Shown: one piece after another, positions 35,861 through 44,596 of the stretch | How positions within the stretch are numbered: position 1 is the stretch's first letter | Layout of the letters: each line of letters starts with the position of its first letter | Assembly (NCBI GenBank): GCA_963716775.1 | Contig: CAVQUI010000004.1 | Coordinates: 416,360-480,359, forward strand | DNA: 64,000 bases | Direction: 5' to 3' | Source of the DNA: an uncultured delta proteobacterium | GTDB taxonomy: Bacteria > Myxococcota_A > Polyangia > Polyangiales > Houyiibacteriaceae | Position numbers and translations under genes: made by a program | Notes under the pieces: model-generated | What the model was told of the DNA's origin: nothing | Seen by the model: the letters and a program-made list of their open reading frames with translations, nothing else | Database searches by the model: none

Positions 35861-38284
35861 ATGATATCCCCCCTACAGACCGTTCGACTTTGGATGATTT
35901 GCGCGATGCTGGTTGTGGTCACCGCCTGTGGCGAGACCCAGGCCGTCGTCGATAGCGAGAACGCGATCATCGATCCGCCGACGCAGTGTTCTCCCGATCG
36001 TCCCGACTGTTCGATCAGTCAAGACTTCCCCGTGGGAACTGATCTCACTGCCGAGAACTCGGCGGGCATTCGCTACTCCAATGAGACGGACTCGCTGGTC
36101 ATCGACCGCGTGACCTCATTGCCCGACGCCGATGGCGACGGCGTTCCGGACGACGCGGACGATTGCCCTGGCACACCCGACTGGATCAGTTGCGACGACG
36201 ACCCCACGAACGACGGGCTCTACCAGACCGTGTTCTTCGATTCCAACGGTTCGCAGGAAGTGGTTCGGACGTCGACGGTAGACGTCGTCGCCGACATCCC
36301 GGAAGTCGACGTCTACTTCTTGATCGACGCGACACCCACGCTCGTCGAAGAAATTGCGGTTCTCCAGGCCGAGATACTCAACATCATCAGCGACGTTCGT
36401 ACGAGCTTCCCCAACGCACAGTTTGGTCTCGGCCTCTATCGCGAGTACCCACTCGCTCCGCTCGCTGCAGCGCACAGCCAGGCGCCCTATCATCACATTC
36501 TAGACTTCACCGATGATGAGGTTCTGGTGCAGACCGCGGTCAGCACGCTCAACACGGTGCAGAACGCGACGCTTGCGTCAGCTGCGACCCAGGCGCTGTA
36601 CTCGGTGGCGTCCGGGCTCGGTCTTGGGGACATGGTTCCGAATCGCGGCTCCTGTCCGAACGGTCCGGGCGCTGACATCGGTTACCCCTGCTTTCGTGAT
36701 GGCGCCTTGCACCTGGTCATGAACATCAGTGATTCCGAGGTCTACAACGGACCGATCCCCTCCGGAGCTCAGTACGGCGATCCGCCGTTCGCGCCGGGAG
36801 TTGGCGACGGCGTCATGACAGTGCCGCCAGTGGAGATGTTTCCTGAGCTCTTGGCCGCCGATACGGCCGCCCTGGCGCTCGATCTCGGTGATCTTTCCAG
36901 CCAATCGCTAACCCTGATGGGAATGAGCACGCTTCTGAGCGATCAGGTCAACACGGCTGCTTCACTAGGCTGCGACACGATGTCCGGAATGCCGCCAGGC
37001 GCTGACATGGATGGCAAGGACGTCGTCCTCGTGCTGCGTTTCGACTCCTCGGTGCCGGGAGTGGACGTGTTCGCGAACAACACGCATTGGCCCGGCGCAA
37101 ACGTCGCGCTCTTCGACAACGCGCTGCTCGACCCGGCCATGGCTCTGTCCTGCGACGGCGGCACCGTGGGTGTTGGGCTCTGGGGCTCCATCAACTGGAC
37201 CCCCGTGACATCGCAGCAGTACTACCTCGTGGCCGACGGCATCATTCCGGCTGCTGACCCGGGCCACATGCCCGAAGGGGCCTTCAGCCTTTCGATCGTC
37301 CACAGCGGCGATCCTGCCAATGCCGCCTGGCAAACCACGGATGCGCCCGTGGCTTGGGGCGACGTCGAGGCCGCTTTGCTCGCAGGTCACATTCGCGTGG
37401 CCAGCGTGGTGACCTTGCGAGACGCGATGAGCATGACGAGCGATGGCACAGCCGACGCGCAGGCGATCGCCTTGGCAACCGACGCGCGCACGAGATTTGG
37501 CGGTCCATGGCTCACCGAGCTGTCCTCGTCGATCGGCGAGGGCCTCGACGCGGCGATCAGCAACACCATCGCCCTTGCCAAGACGGCGTCGGTCTACGAT
37601 TTCTCGACGATCGACGTGGACAACGCTGCGACCAGCGTCGACGAAACAGAGTTCATCGCGTCGATTCGTCAAGAGAGCTGCGCCGAGGGTCAGCCGCTTG
37701 GCTGCGAGTCCGGGACGTTCGATGAGTGCGTCCGTTGCGAGCTAGGTGCTGCGCTGCAGTACGAGGTAGTCTTCGCGAACCGAACGGTGTCGCCGACCGG
37801 CAGTTCTCAGGTCTTCGACTTCGAGCTCGTCGTCTGGTCCGATGATGTCTTGGAGGTCGAGAGGATTCCGGTTCGCGTCATGGTGCCAGACGCCGCGTCC
37901 CATGTGTTTGATGACGCCCCCGCCGCTGCCTTCTATCGCAACGTCTACGACAGCACCGAGCGCTGCGTGACTCCGCCGGAGCATCCGAAGTGGGGCGAGC
38001 TTTCTTGGGAGGGCAGCACACCAGGGGATTCCAGCATCGACTTCCAGATTCGCACCGCGAACAGCCTCGACGACCTGGCGACCGCGATTCCGGTCACCGT
38101 CTCCATCACGGGCAGCGCGGAAAGCGGCACCTTCGACATCCGAGAGGAGCTCATCGCGGGCGGTCAGACCGTCGGCCTGCCCTACATTCAGATCACCGCG
38201 CTCCTGACCCCCTCGAACAGCCCTCCGACGACACCAGCGCTGCTGGGCTGGTCCTTCGAGTTCTTCTGCGAAGCTGCGCAATGA
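35861..38284 (+). CDS. large secreted lipoprotein with an Asp-rich TSP3-like Ca-binding motif and a possible vWA-like domain
   Basis: ATG 35861 gives MISPLQTVRLWMICAMLVVVTACG (lipobox). DADGDGVPDDADDCPG matches the thrombospondin type-3-like motif. VDVYFLIDATPTLVEEIAVLQAEI resembles the first strand and MIDAS region of vWA domains (weak). An AT-rich leader lies upstream. Confidence 0.7.
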   Translation: MISPLQTVRLWMICAMLVVVTACGETQAVVDSENAIIDPPTQCSPDRPDCSISQDFPVGTDLTAENSAGIRYSNETDSLVIDRVTSLPDADGDGVPDDADDCPGTPDWISCDDDPTNDGLYQTVFFDSNGSQEVVRTSTVDVVADIPEVDVYFLIDATPTLVEEIAVLQAEILNIISDVRTSFPNAQFGLGLYREYPLAPLAAAHSQAPYHHILDFTDDEVLVQTAVSTLNTVQNATLASAATQALYSVASGLGLGDMVPNRGSCPNGPGADIGYPCFRDGALHLVMNISDSEVYNGPIPSGAQYGDPPFAPGVGDGVMTVPPVEMFPELLAADTAALALDLGDLSSQSLTLMGMSTLLSDQVNTAASLGCDTMSGMPPGADMDGKDVVLVLRFDSSVPGVDVFANNTHWPGANVALFDNALLDPAMALSCDGGTVGVGLWGSINWTPVTSQQYYLVADGIIPAADPGHMPEGAFSLSIVHSGDPANAAWQTTDAPVAWGDVEAALLAGHIRVASVVTLRDAMSMTSDGTADAQAIALATDARTRFGGPWLTELSSSIGEGLDAAISNTIALAKTASVYDFSTIDVDNAATSVDETEFIASIRQESCAEGQPLGCESGTFDECVRCELGAALQYEVVFANRTVSPTGSSQVFDFELVVWSDDVLEVERIPVRVMVPDAASHVFDDAPAAAFYRNVYDSTERCVTPPEHPKWGELSWEGSTPGDSSIDFQIRTANSLDDLATAIPVTVSITGSAESGTFDIREELIAGGQTVGLPYIQITALLTPSNSPPTTPALLGWSFEFFCEAAQ

Positions 38285-38311
38285 TCTGAGCCCTGCTAGC
38301 ATCGGGCCGGC

Positions 38312-39247
38312 GTGGCTGAAGCAGGGAGAAACCCGGGCCTCGCTGCCTGGGTCTGGGTGTTGGTCGCCGCTCTGGCGGTGTTCGAGCTCGTAGCGCATCC
38401 GATGATCCGCGCTGCGATTCCAAGCGACGAGTCCTGGGAGGCGGCGGCAGCGTTCGTTCGCGAGCGCTACCGGGCTTCGGACCGCATCGTCGCCGCGCCG
38501 GCCTGGGCAGACCCAATCGTTCGGAGCCAGCTCGGAGACCTTCTTTCGCTGCGCATGGCCGCGCCGCCCGATCCCGCCGGCATCGAACGCGTCTGGGAGC
38601 TCAGCATTCGCGGGGCAAGCAGCCGTGATGATCCTGCGACGCTCGAACAGGACTTCCATGGACTGCGTGTCCGAATGTGGTCCACGCCGAACGACGAGCT
38701 GATCTACGACTTCGTCGACGAGATCGCGGCGGCGGGGGTGGAGCTCGTCGACTCCAACGGTTCTCGGCCTTGCCCCTGGCGGGCCGCTCCGCAAGCTCGT
38801 GGAGGGCTCGAAACCGGACCGATGACTCCGCGTGAGCGCTTCGTGTGCGATGCGCGGCGCCCCTGGCTCTGGGTGGGGGCGACGGTTCTGTCGGACCTCG
38901 AGCTCCAGGCGCGGCGTTGTATTTGGCAGCATCCTGCCGGTCCCGACCCGGTCCGGGTCACCTTCGCCGACGTGCCGCTCGGCGATCGCATCTTGCTTCG
39001 CGGAGGCATCGACTATCAAGCGGAACGCAGACGCGTACACGCTCCGGTCACCCTGCGGGTCTGGATCAACGAGCGGCTGGCGGCCGAGCTCGTCCACGAA
39101 GACGGCGACGGCTGGGCGGGCCTCGAGATCGACACCCGCGACGCCGGCTCGGAGCGGGCCACTGTCCGCTTCGAAACCACGGCAGACAATCCGGACGCGC
39201 GTCTCTTCTGCTGGTCCGCATCGAGCGTGAGGGTGACCGATGAATGA
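38312..39247 (+). CDS. hypothetical membrane-anchored protein, translationally coupled to the GT39 gene
   Basis: GTG start, one N-terminal TM helix (LAAWVWVLVAALAVFELVA), coding-like composition. The 3' end overlaps the next start by 8 nt (ATG 39240, TGA 39245-39247). Confidence 0.6.
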   Translation: MAEAGRNPGLAAWVWVLVAALAVFELVAHPMIRAAIPSDESWEAAAAFVRERYRASDRIVAAPAWADPIVRSQLGDLLSLRMAAPPDPAGIERVWELSIRGASSRDDPATLEQDFHGLRVRMWSTPNDELIYDFVDEIAAAGVELVDSNGSRPCPWRAAPQARGGLETGPMTPRERFVCDARRPWLWVGATVLSDLELQARRCIWQHPAGPDPVRVTFADVPLGDRILLRGGIDYQAERRRVHAPVTLRVWINERLAAELVHEDGDGWAGLEIDTRDAGSERATVRFETTADNPDARLFCWSASSVRVTDE

Positions 39248-40868
39248 TGCCAGGGCGTTGAGCGCTCGTGATCATCTCATCGGGGCGGCCCTGTGCGTCG
39301 GGTACCTGCTGCTCCTCGTCGGGACGGCATCGGACCTGGCGATGTCACGCGACGAGAGCTTCTACGTCCACGCCGCCAAGAGCTCCGCGAGCTGGATCGG
39401 TCAGGTCTTCACCGATCCCTCATCGGCATTGGAGCGCGAGAGCATCGACAGGGCCTGGCAGTACAACTGGGAGCATCCGGCCTGGATGAAGCTGAGCTTC
39501 GCTTGGAGTTGGATCGGGCACAAGCAGCTCGGTCTGTTTCCGAACGAGTCGCTCGCCTTTCGTTTTCCCGGCATGCTCAGCGCCGGCCTACTGATTTGGC
39601 TGATCTACGCCTGGGGTGCTTCGGTCATGCGTCGAGCGGGGGCGCTCTTTGCAGCCCTGGCATTCGCGTCGATGCCTCGAGTCTTTTATCATAGCCATCT
39701 CGCCTGCTTCGACATCCCGATCGCGTTCTTCGTCACGCTCACCGCGTACGCGTATTGGCGATCGCTGGCCGACTACAGATGGATTCCCTGGCTCGGACTC
39801 TCATTCGGCCTCGCGCTAGCCACGAAACACAACAGTTGGATCTTGCCCGGGATCTTTCTGATCCACTTCGCGTGGATTCGGTTCGATCAGAGGCGCGCCG
39901 GGCGAAGCGATCGCGCCTCGATCGCCTGGCTCCCTTCGATGCTGCTCATCGGCCCGCTGGTGCTCATCGGAACCTGGCCGTGGCTCTGGCACGACACCGG
40001 GCGCCGCTTGCTGGCCTACGTGACCTTCCACCTGCGACACGTCCACTACACCTACCAGTACCTGGGCATCAACTACTTCGAACCGCCGTTGCCCATCTCG
40101 GTGCCGTTCGTGATGACGCTTTTCACCGTGTCACTCACTGTGCTCGCGCTGTCCTTGCTCGGCCTCTACGCCCGTCGGGCGGCGCTCCGTCCTCCACGGC
40201 TGACCGAAGCGAACGCGGCGACGAACCGCAGAACGGAAGTGCTCTGGCTCGGTTGCATGCTAGCGCCTCTCGTCTTGATCGCGCTTCCGAGCTCGCCGAT
40301 CTTCGGCGGTACCAAGCATTGGCTCACGGCCTATCCCTTCTTGGTGCTCTTCGCCGCCTGGGGCTTTTCGGCCGTCGTCGAGAGAGCGGAGCTCTCGTTC
40401 TGGCTCGGGCGACGCTGGCCGACTTGGGCCTTCGCGTTGCTTTGCCTCTTGCCCGGATCGGTGGAAACGGCGCACAGTCATCCCTTCGGCCTGTCGCACT
40501 ACACGCCGCTGGCCGGTGGAGTGCCCGGGGCCGCCGATCTCGGAATGAACCGGCAGTTCTGGGGTTTCACCAGTGGCAGTCTTGCCGACTGGATCGCTCA
40601 GAAGCTTCCGAATGGCGGCTCGGTCTGGACCTGCGACACGACCCACGGAGCCTGGAACATGATGCAGCGGGACGGCCTGATCCCTTCGAATATCCGCGCG
40701 TCCGCATCGATGGCAGCCGCCGACCTGGTTCTCGTGCACCACGAGCCGCATTTCGCCGAAGTCGACTATCAAGCCTGGGTCGCCTTCGGCAGCGTGCAGC
40801 CCGTCTACGTCCTGCGCTACGACGGTGTTCCCATCATCTCGGTGTACGAGAACCCTAGGGGCCGCTAG
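39240..40868 (+). CDS. GT39/GT-C family glycosyltransferase (ArnT/PMT-like)
   Basis: 542-aa polytopic protein with a DE motif in the first loop (MSRDESFYVHAA) and the many TM helices typical of dolichyl/undecaprenyl-phosphate-sugar dependent GT-C enzymes. Confidence 0.8.
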   Translation: MNDARALSARDHLIGAALCVGYLLLLVGTASDLAMSRDESFYVHAAKSSASWIGQVFTDPSSALERESIDRAWQYNWEHPAWMKLSFAWSWIGHKQLGLFPNESLAFRFPGMLSAGLLIWLIYAWGASVMRRAGALFAALAFASMPRVFYHSHLACFDIPIAFFVTLTAYAYWRSLADYRWIPWLGLSFGLALATKHNSWILPGIFLIHFAWIRFDQRRAGRSDRASIAWLPSMLLIGPLVLIGTWPWLWHDTGRRLLAYVTFHLRHVHYTYQYLGINYFEPPLPISVPFVMTLFTVSLTVLALSLLGLYARRAALRPPRLTEANAATNRRTEVLWLGCMLAPLVLIALPSSPIFGGTKHWLTAYPFLVLFAAWGFSAVVERAELSFWLGRRWPTWAFALLCLLPGSVETAHSHPFGLSHYTPLAGGVPGAADLGMNRQFWGFTSGSLADWIAQKLPNGGSVWTCDTTHGAWNMMQRDGLIPSNIRASASMAAADLVLVHHEPHFAEVDYQAWVAFGSVQPVYVLRYDGVPIISVYENPRGR

Positions 40869-41644
40869 GCCGAGCGCTGGCTTGCCTTGTCGATGCCGGC
40901 ACGGGCCTTGTTCATCAGCACGATGAGGCTCTCGACGATGCCGATGATCACGTATGCGGCGAGCAGCCAAACCAGCGCCATCGACGGGTGAATCGTCAAG
41001 GCGATCCAGACTGTGACGCCGAGGGCCACCGAGATGAACAGCACGGTGCGCAAGTTGAGGCGCAGATCTTTGAAGGAGCGGAACGGCATCGCGCTCACCA
41101 TGAAGACCGAGAGCGCGAGCACGAGAAACGAAATCAAGTACGGGGAAAACGGCAGCTTCCCCGTGAGATGGTTGGCGACCACGATCGAGATGAGGATGCC
41201 GGCCGCTGCTGGAATCGGCAGGCCTTGGGTGTACTTGCCGGGACGCTCGGGCTGCCCATCATCTCCGGTCGAAGTTACATTGAAGCGAGCGAGTCGGACT
41301 GCGCCGGCGGCCACGTACAGGAAGCCGATGAACATGCCGGCCGTGCCGAGCTCGAAGAGCGACCAGTGATACACGAGGATCGCGGGCGCGATGCCGAAGG
41401 AGATCACGTCCGCCAAGGAATCGAGCTGAACCCCGATGGCCGACTGCGTTCTCGTCAGGCGTGCGACCCGACCGTCGATGCCGTCGAAAAAGAGCGCGAA
41501 GACGATCAGCAGGGCCGCGCGATAGAAGTCGTCGGAGGTCGGCTGGTCCGAGAGGATCAAGATGGCGTTGTAACCGCAGAGCACACTCGAGAGAGTGAAG
41601 AGGTTCGGAAGGATGAATAGGCTCTTTTTGAGGTCGACTTTCAC
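40865..41644 (-). CDS. pssA: CDP-diacylglycerol--serine O-phosphatidyltransferase
   Basis: CDP-alcohol phosphatidyltransferase motif DGIDGRVARLTRTQSAIGVQLDSLADVISFGIAPA. About 259 aa, polytopic. Confidence 0.85.
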   Translation of the reverse strand: MKVDLKKSLFILPNLFTLSSVLCGYNAILILSDQPTSDDFYRAALLIVFALFFDGIDGRVARLTRTQSAIGVQLDSLADVISFGIAPAILVYHWSLFELGTAGMFIGFLYVAAGAVRLARFNVTSTGDDGQPERPGKYTQGLPIPAAAGILISIVVANHLTGKLPFSPYLISFLVLALSVFMVSAMPFRSFKDLRLNLRTVLFISVALGVTVWIALTIHPSMALVWLLAAYVIIGIVESLIVLMNKARAGIDKASQRSA

Positions 41645-41723
41645 GCCAGTCTCGACTCCATCCGCGGCTGCGGGTTCACCAGGTTACGAGAACGGGAATT
41701 TCGTGTCCACTCCGAGGGTCGTA

Positions 41724-42554
41724 TCATGGTGACCCCGGATGCAAAAGGCTGGCATTCAGCACGCCCAGCGAGAAATTGCGCAAACGCAGCTGCCCGCTCG
41801 CTTCGTAGAGCTCGTTCAAGGACTTCGACGCTCGAGCGGGATGACCATCGAGCACGGCGAAAAGAGCTTCCGCCTCTTGGGTACCAAAGCCTCCTGCGCC
41901 ACGGAACGCGAGCAAGGCTTCCTTTCGTTGAGGGAGCGGCGTGCCCCAGCCGTGCAGCGCGAGCCAGCCCCAGTACGCCTGGCTCTCGATCGGAGAAAAG
42001 CTTTCCCCGAGCGGCCGTCGATGGACTGCGTTCCAGCGTGCCTTGTAGAAGACGCGCAGGGTCAGCGGCGGCGCGATGAACACGCCCTCGCGCAGCGCGC
42101 CATACCGCTTCAGCACTTCCATGAAGCCGCCGACGATGCCTTCCTCGTCTGTGTTCCCTGCCTCGCCTCCGCCATCGTCAAGCAAGCGCATGAAGTCCTC
42201 GACGGCAGCGGCCCTCATGGCCTCGAACGCCGGCGCTCCATGCTTCTCCGTCAGAGCTCGGATCGCACGGTAGATCTCGGCTTGGCGTCGATCGTACTCG
42301 CGTCGCTCGTACGGGGGGTTGGCTTCCGATCGACAGTGATCGGCGAAGAGCGAGCGCAAGTCACGAGCCTCCTCGCTATCAGGCGCTTCCCTTGCGAGGG
42401 TTTCGTCGAGCTCGATGGCGTCCGACACGGCGGCCCGGTCGAGCACGAGGCTCGGCATCTCCCAGGGGTCTACCGGTTGCGGCATCGCGAGCATTGCCCC
42501 CGCCAGGCTCGCGGCAATCAGCCACGAAATCAGCTTGAATCCAGACTCGCTCAC
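41724..42554 (-). CDS. hypothetical exported/membrane-anchored protein
   Basis: 276-aa ORF with an N-terminal hydrophobic segment (LISWLIAASLAGAMLAM). Preferred over the overlapping plus-strand ORF, whose only recognisable part starts at 42624. Confidence 0.5.
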   Translation of the reverse strand: MSESGFKLISWLIAASLAGAMLAMPQPVDPWEMPSLVLDRAAVSDAIELDETLAREAPDSEEARDLRSLFADHCRSEANPPYERREYDRRQAEIYRAIRALTEKHGAPAFEAMRAAAVEDFMRLLDDGGGEAGNTDEEGIVGGFMEVLKRYGALREGVFIAPPLTLRVFYKARWNAVHRRPLGESFSPIESQAYWGWLALHGWGTPLPQRKEALLAFRGAGGFGTQEAEALFAVLDGHPARASKSLNELYEASGQLRLRNFSLGVLNASLLHPGSP

Positions 42555-42623
42555 CTGGATCGAACTCTAACACAGCAGGCCGGACTGCTCGCATTTCGAC
42601 GCCTGCTAGACTTCGCGGGTCTG

Positions 42624-43295
42624 ATGAAGGTCGATGTTCACTTCTACGCTGCGGCGAAGGAGCTCGCCGGATGCGCGAGCTCGACCTTCGAGATCGGATC
42701 GCAAAGCCTGCCGCAGGAAGAGCTACGTCGCCTGGTGGGCGATCGTTTTCCATCCCTGGCAGCGTTCCTCGAGCGCATGCGATTGGCAGTCAATGGTGAT
42801 TTCGTCGACGCCTCCGAGGCGATCGGTGACGGCGATCGGGTGGACGTTCTTCCGCCAGTTGCCGGCGGCTCCCCGATCGCTCTTTGCCAAGTGAGCGCTG
42901 AGGCGATTTCGCTCGACGAAGTTCGGAGAGCCGTCGAGCACTCCGGAGCCGGCGGGATTTGTATCTTCCACGGCGTCGTCCGCGATCACGCCGATGGGAA
43001 GCAAGTGTCCAGGCTCGACTACGAAGCTCACGAGAACTTGGCGCACAGGGAGATGATGCGCGTGCTCGAACGCGTCATCGAGGAACATCCCGGTGTCCGA
43101 ATCGCAGCCGTCCATCGGGTTGGCAAGCTCGGCATCGGCGACGTTGCGGTTTGCGTGGCGGCGAGCGCAGCGCACCGAGACGACGCGTTCACGGCCTGCC
43201 GAAAGGCGATCGATCGAATCAAAGAGACCGTCCCAGTTTGGAAGAAGGAGTGGGGGCCCGACGGGCAGGCTCACTGGGTGAACCTCGACGACTAG
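42624..43295 (+). CDS. fused molybdopterin synthase: MoaD (sulfur carrier) - MoaE (catalytic subunit)
   Basis: ATG 42624. The ThiS/MoaD-like ~82 aa end in DVLPPVAGG and are followed directly by a MoaE-like domain (ISLDEVRRAV...GAGGICIFHGVVRD..., VAVCVAASAAHRDDAFTACRKAIDRIKETVPVWKKE). Confidence 0.85.
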   Translation: MKVDVHFYAAAKELAGCASSTFEIGSQSLPQEELRRLVGDRFPSLAAFLERMRLAVNGDFVDASEAIGDGDRVDVLPPVAGGSPIALCQVSAEAISLDEVRRAVEHSGAGGICIFHGVVRDHADGKQVSRLDYEAHENLAHREMMRVLERVIEEHPGVRIAAVHRVGKLGIGDVAVCVAASAAHRDDAFTACRKAIDRIKETVPVWKKEWGPDGQAHWVNLDD

Positions 43296-44596
43296 AGTCC
43301 GGCCAGGCCGCGAAGGTCGGAGAGGAGATCTTCGTCCAAGACGCCCACGCAAGTCAGATTCGCGTCTTTCGAATTCAGATAGCGTTGCGCGGCCTGCTGG
43401 ATGTCCTCGGCCGTCACGCGCTCGACTCGCTCGGCGACCGTTCCCACTCGCCCGGGAAGACCGAAGAGCGCGCTCGTCCCGACGAAATGAGCCGCGCCCT
43501 CGGTGTCGTCCTGCAGCGTCCGCAGGTTCCAGAGGTAGCGACGTTTCGCCTTGTCGACTTCCTCGTCTGTTGGCGCCTGCTGCTGAAGCTCGGAGATGAG
43601 CTCGAGCACGGCTTCCAGGAGGTAGGGCGCCTTCTTGTGTTCGACCGAGGCTCCGAAGTCGAACACGCCGCAATCCTCGAGTACGTCGTTCCCAGCGAAA
43701 GCCTCATAGGCTAGCCCGCGCTCTTCGCAGATCGTTTGATGGATGCGCGTGCTCAGGCCGTCGTCGAGCAAGCGGTCGAGCAAGAGCAGGGTGGGCGCTT
43801 CTGAGCTGGAAATGCCTGGTGTGTGGAAGGAGAGCCGTACGTCGGTCTGGCTGCCATGCTCGTTCACATAGGAGAAGCGCTCCGCCGCGGCTTGGCTGGG
43901 GGATGAGCTGGGAGCAATCGCCTCACCGGCTGGCATTCGCTCGAACTCAGAGCGAATCGCTTTCTCGATTTCTCGAGGGTCGAATGCGCCCGTGACGCAG
44001 AGGACCGAGTTCAGAGCGCTGTAGTGACTGCGGTGATGCCACCGAAGATCCGCCGTTTCAAAGCGATCCAGGTTGTCGAGAGGGCCCAGGATCGAAAAGC
44101 CTAGGGGGTGGTCGGGGTAGAGCAGTCGCCGCGAGACGTTGTCCACGTCGATCTGCTCGCCTTCTTCGTTGAGATCTTCGAGGATCTCTTCACGAATGAT
44201 CTGCTTTTCCGTGCGGAGCTCGGTCAACAGCGGCTGTTGCAGCACTTCGGCGAGTAGCTCGATGCCTTGCGAGATGGTCTCGGGCGGCAGGCTGAGATCG
44301 TAGCTCGTGAAGTCCACGTGTGTGGCCGCGTCGAGGGTCCCACCAAGGCGCTCGATCGCGAGATTGAGCTCATGTGCCGCCGGGTGCGCCGCCGTGCCCC
44401 GATACAACATGTGCTCGAGGAAGTGGCTCAAGCCGTTGGTGTTGACGGTTTCGTACCGGGAGCCGACCCGAACGAAGAACGAGGCGGTCGCCGACTGCAG
44501 GTGAGGAAGTGGAACGAGGCGTACCCGAAGGCCATTACCGAGCGTCAGCGACTCGGTTGGGAGCTCGGGAAGACTCGAAGTCTTAGCTACGGCCAT
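43292..44596 (-). CDS. M16 family (pitrilysin-like) zinc peptidase
   Basis: Inverted zinc motif HxxEH (GLSHFLEHMLYRGT). 434 aa, two-lobe M16 organisation. Confidence 0.85.
   Translation of the reverse strand: MAVAKTSSLPELPTESLTLGNGLRVRLVPLPHLQSATASFFVRVGSRYETVNTNGLSHFLEHMLYRGTAAHPAAHELNLAIERLGGTLDAATHVDFTSYDLSLPPETISQGIELLAEVLQQPLLTELRTEKQIIREEILEDLNEEGEQIDVDNVSRRLLYPDHPLGFSILGPLDNLDRFETADLRWHHRSHYSALNSVLCVTGAFDPREIEKAIRSEFERMPAGEAIAPSSSPSQAAAERFSYVNEHGSQTDVRLSFHTPGISSSEAPTLLLLDRLLDDGLSTRIHQTICEERGLAYEAFAGNDVLEDCGVFDFGASVEHKKAPYLLEAVLELISELQQQAPTDEEVDKAKRRYLWNLRTLQDDTEGAAHFVGTSALFGLPGRVGTVAERVERVTAEDIQQAAQRYLNSKDANLTCVGVLDEDLLSDLRGLAGL

Noticed and set aside
41739-42623. Upstream 295 codons of the 518-aa plus-strand ORF that ends as MoaD-MoaE
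   Set aside because: Recognisable MoaD sequence begins at ATG 42624. The upstream part is antisense to a more protein-like minus-strand ORF (41724-42554) and looks like shadow sequence.
42555-42623. Possible Moco riboswitch upstream of the moaD-moaE fusion
   Set aside because: The 69-nt spacer is too short for the ~130-nt Moco RNA motif, and I could not see its conserved features.
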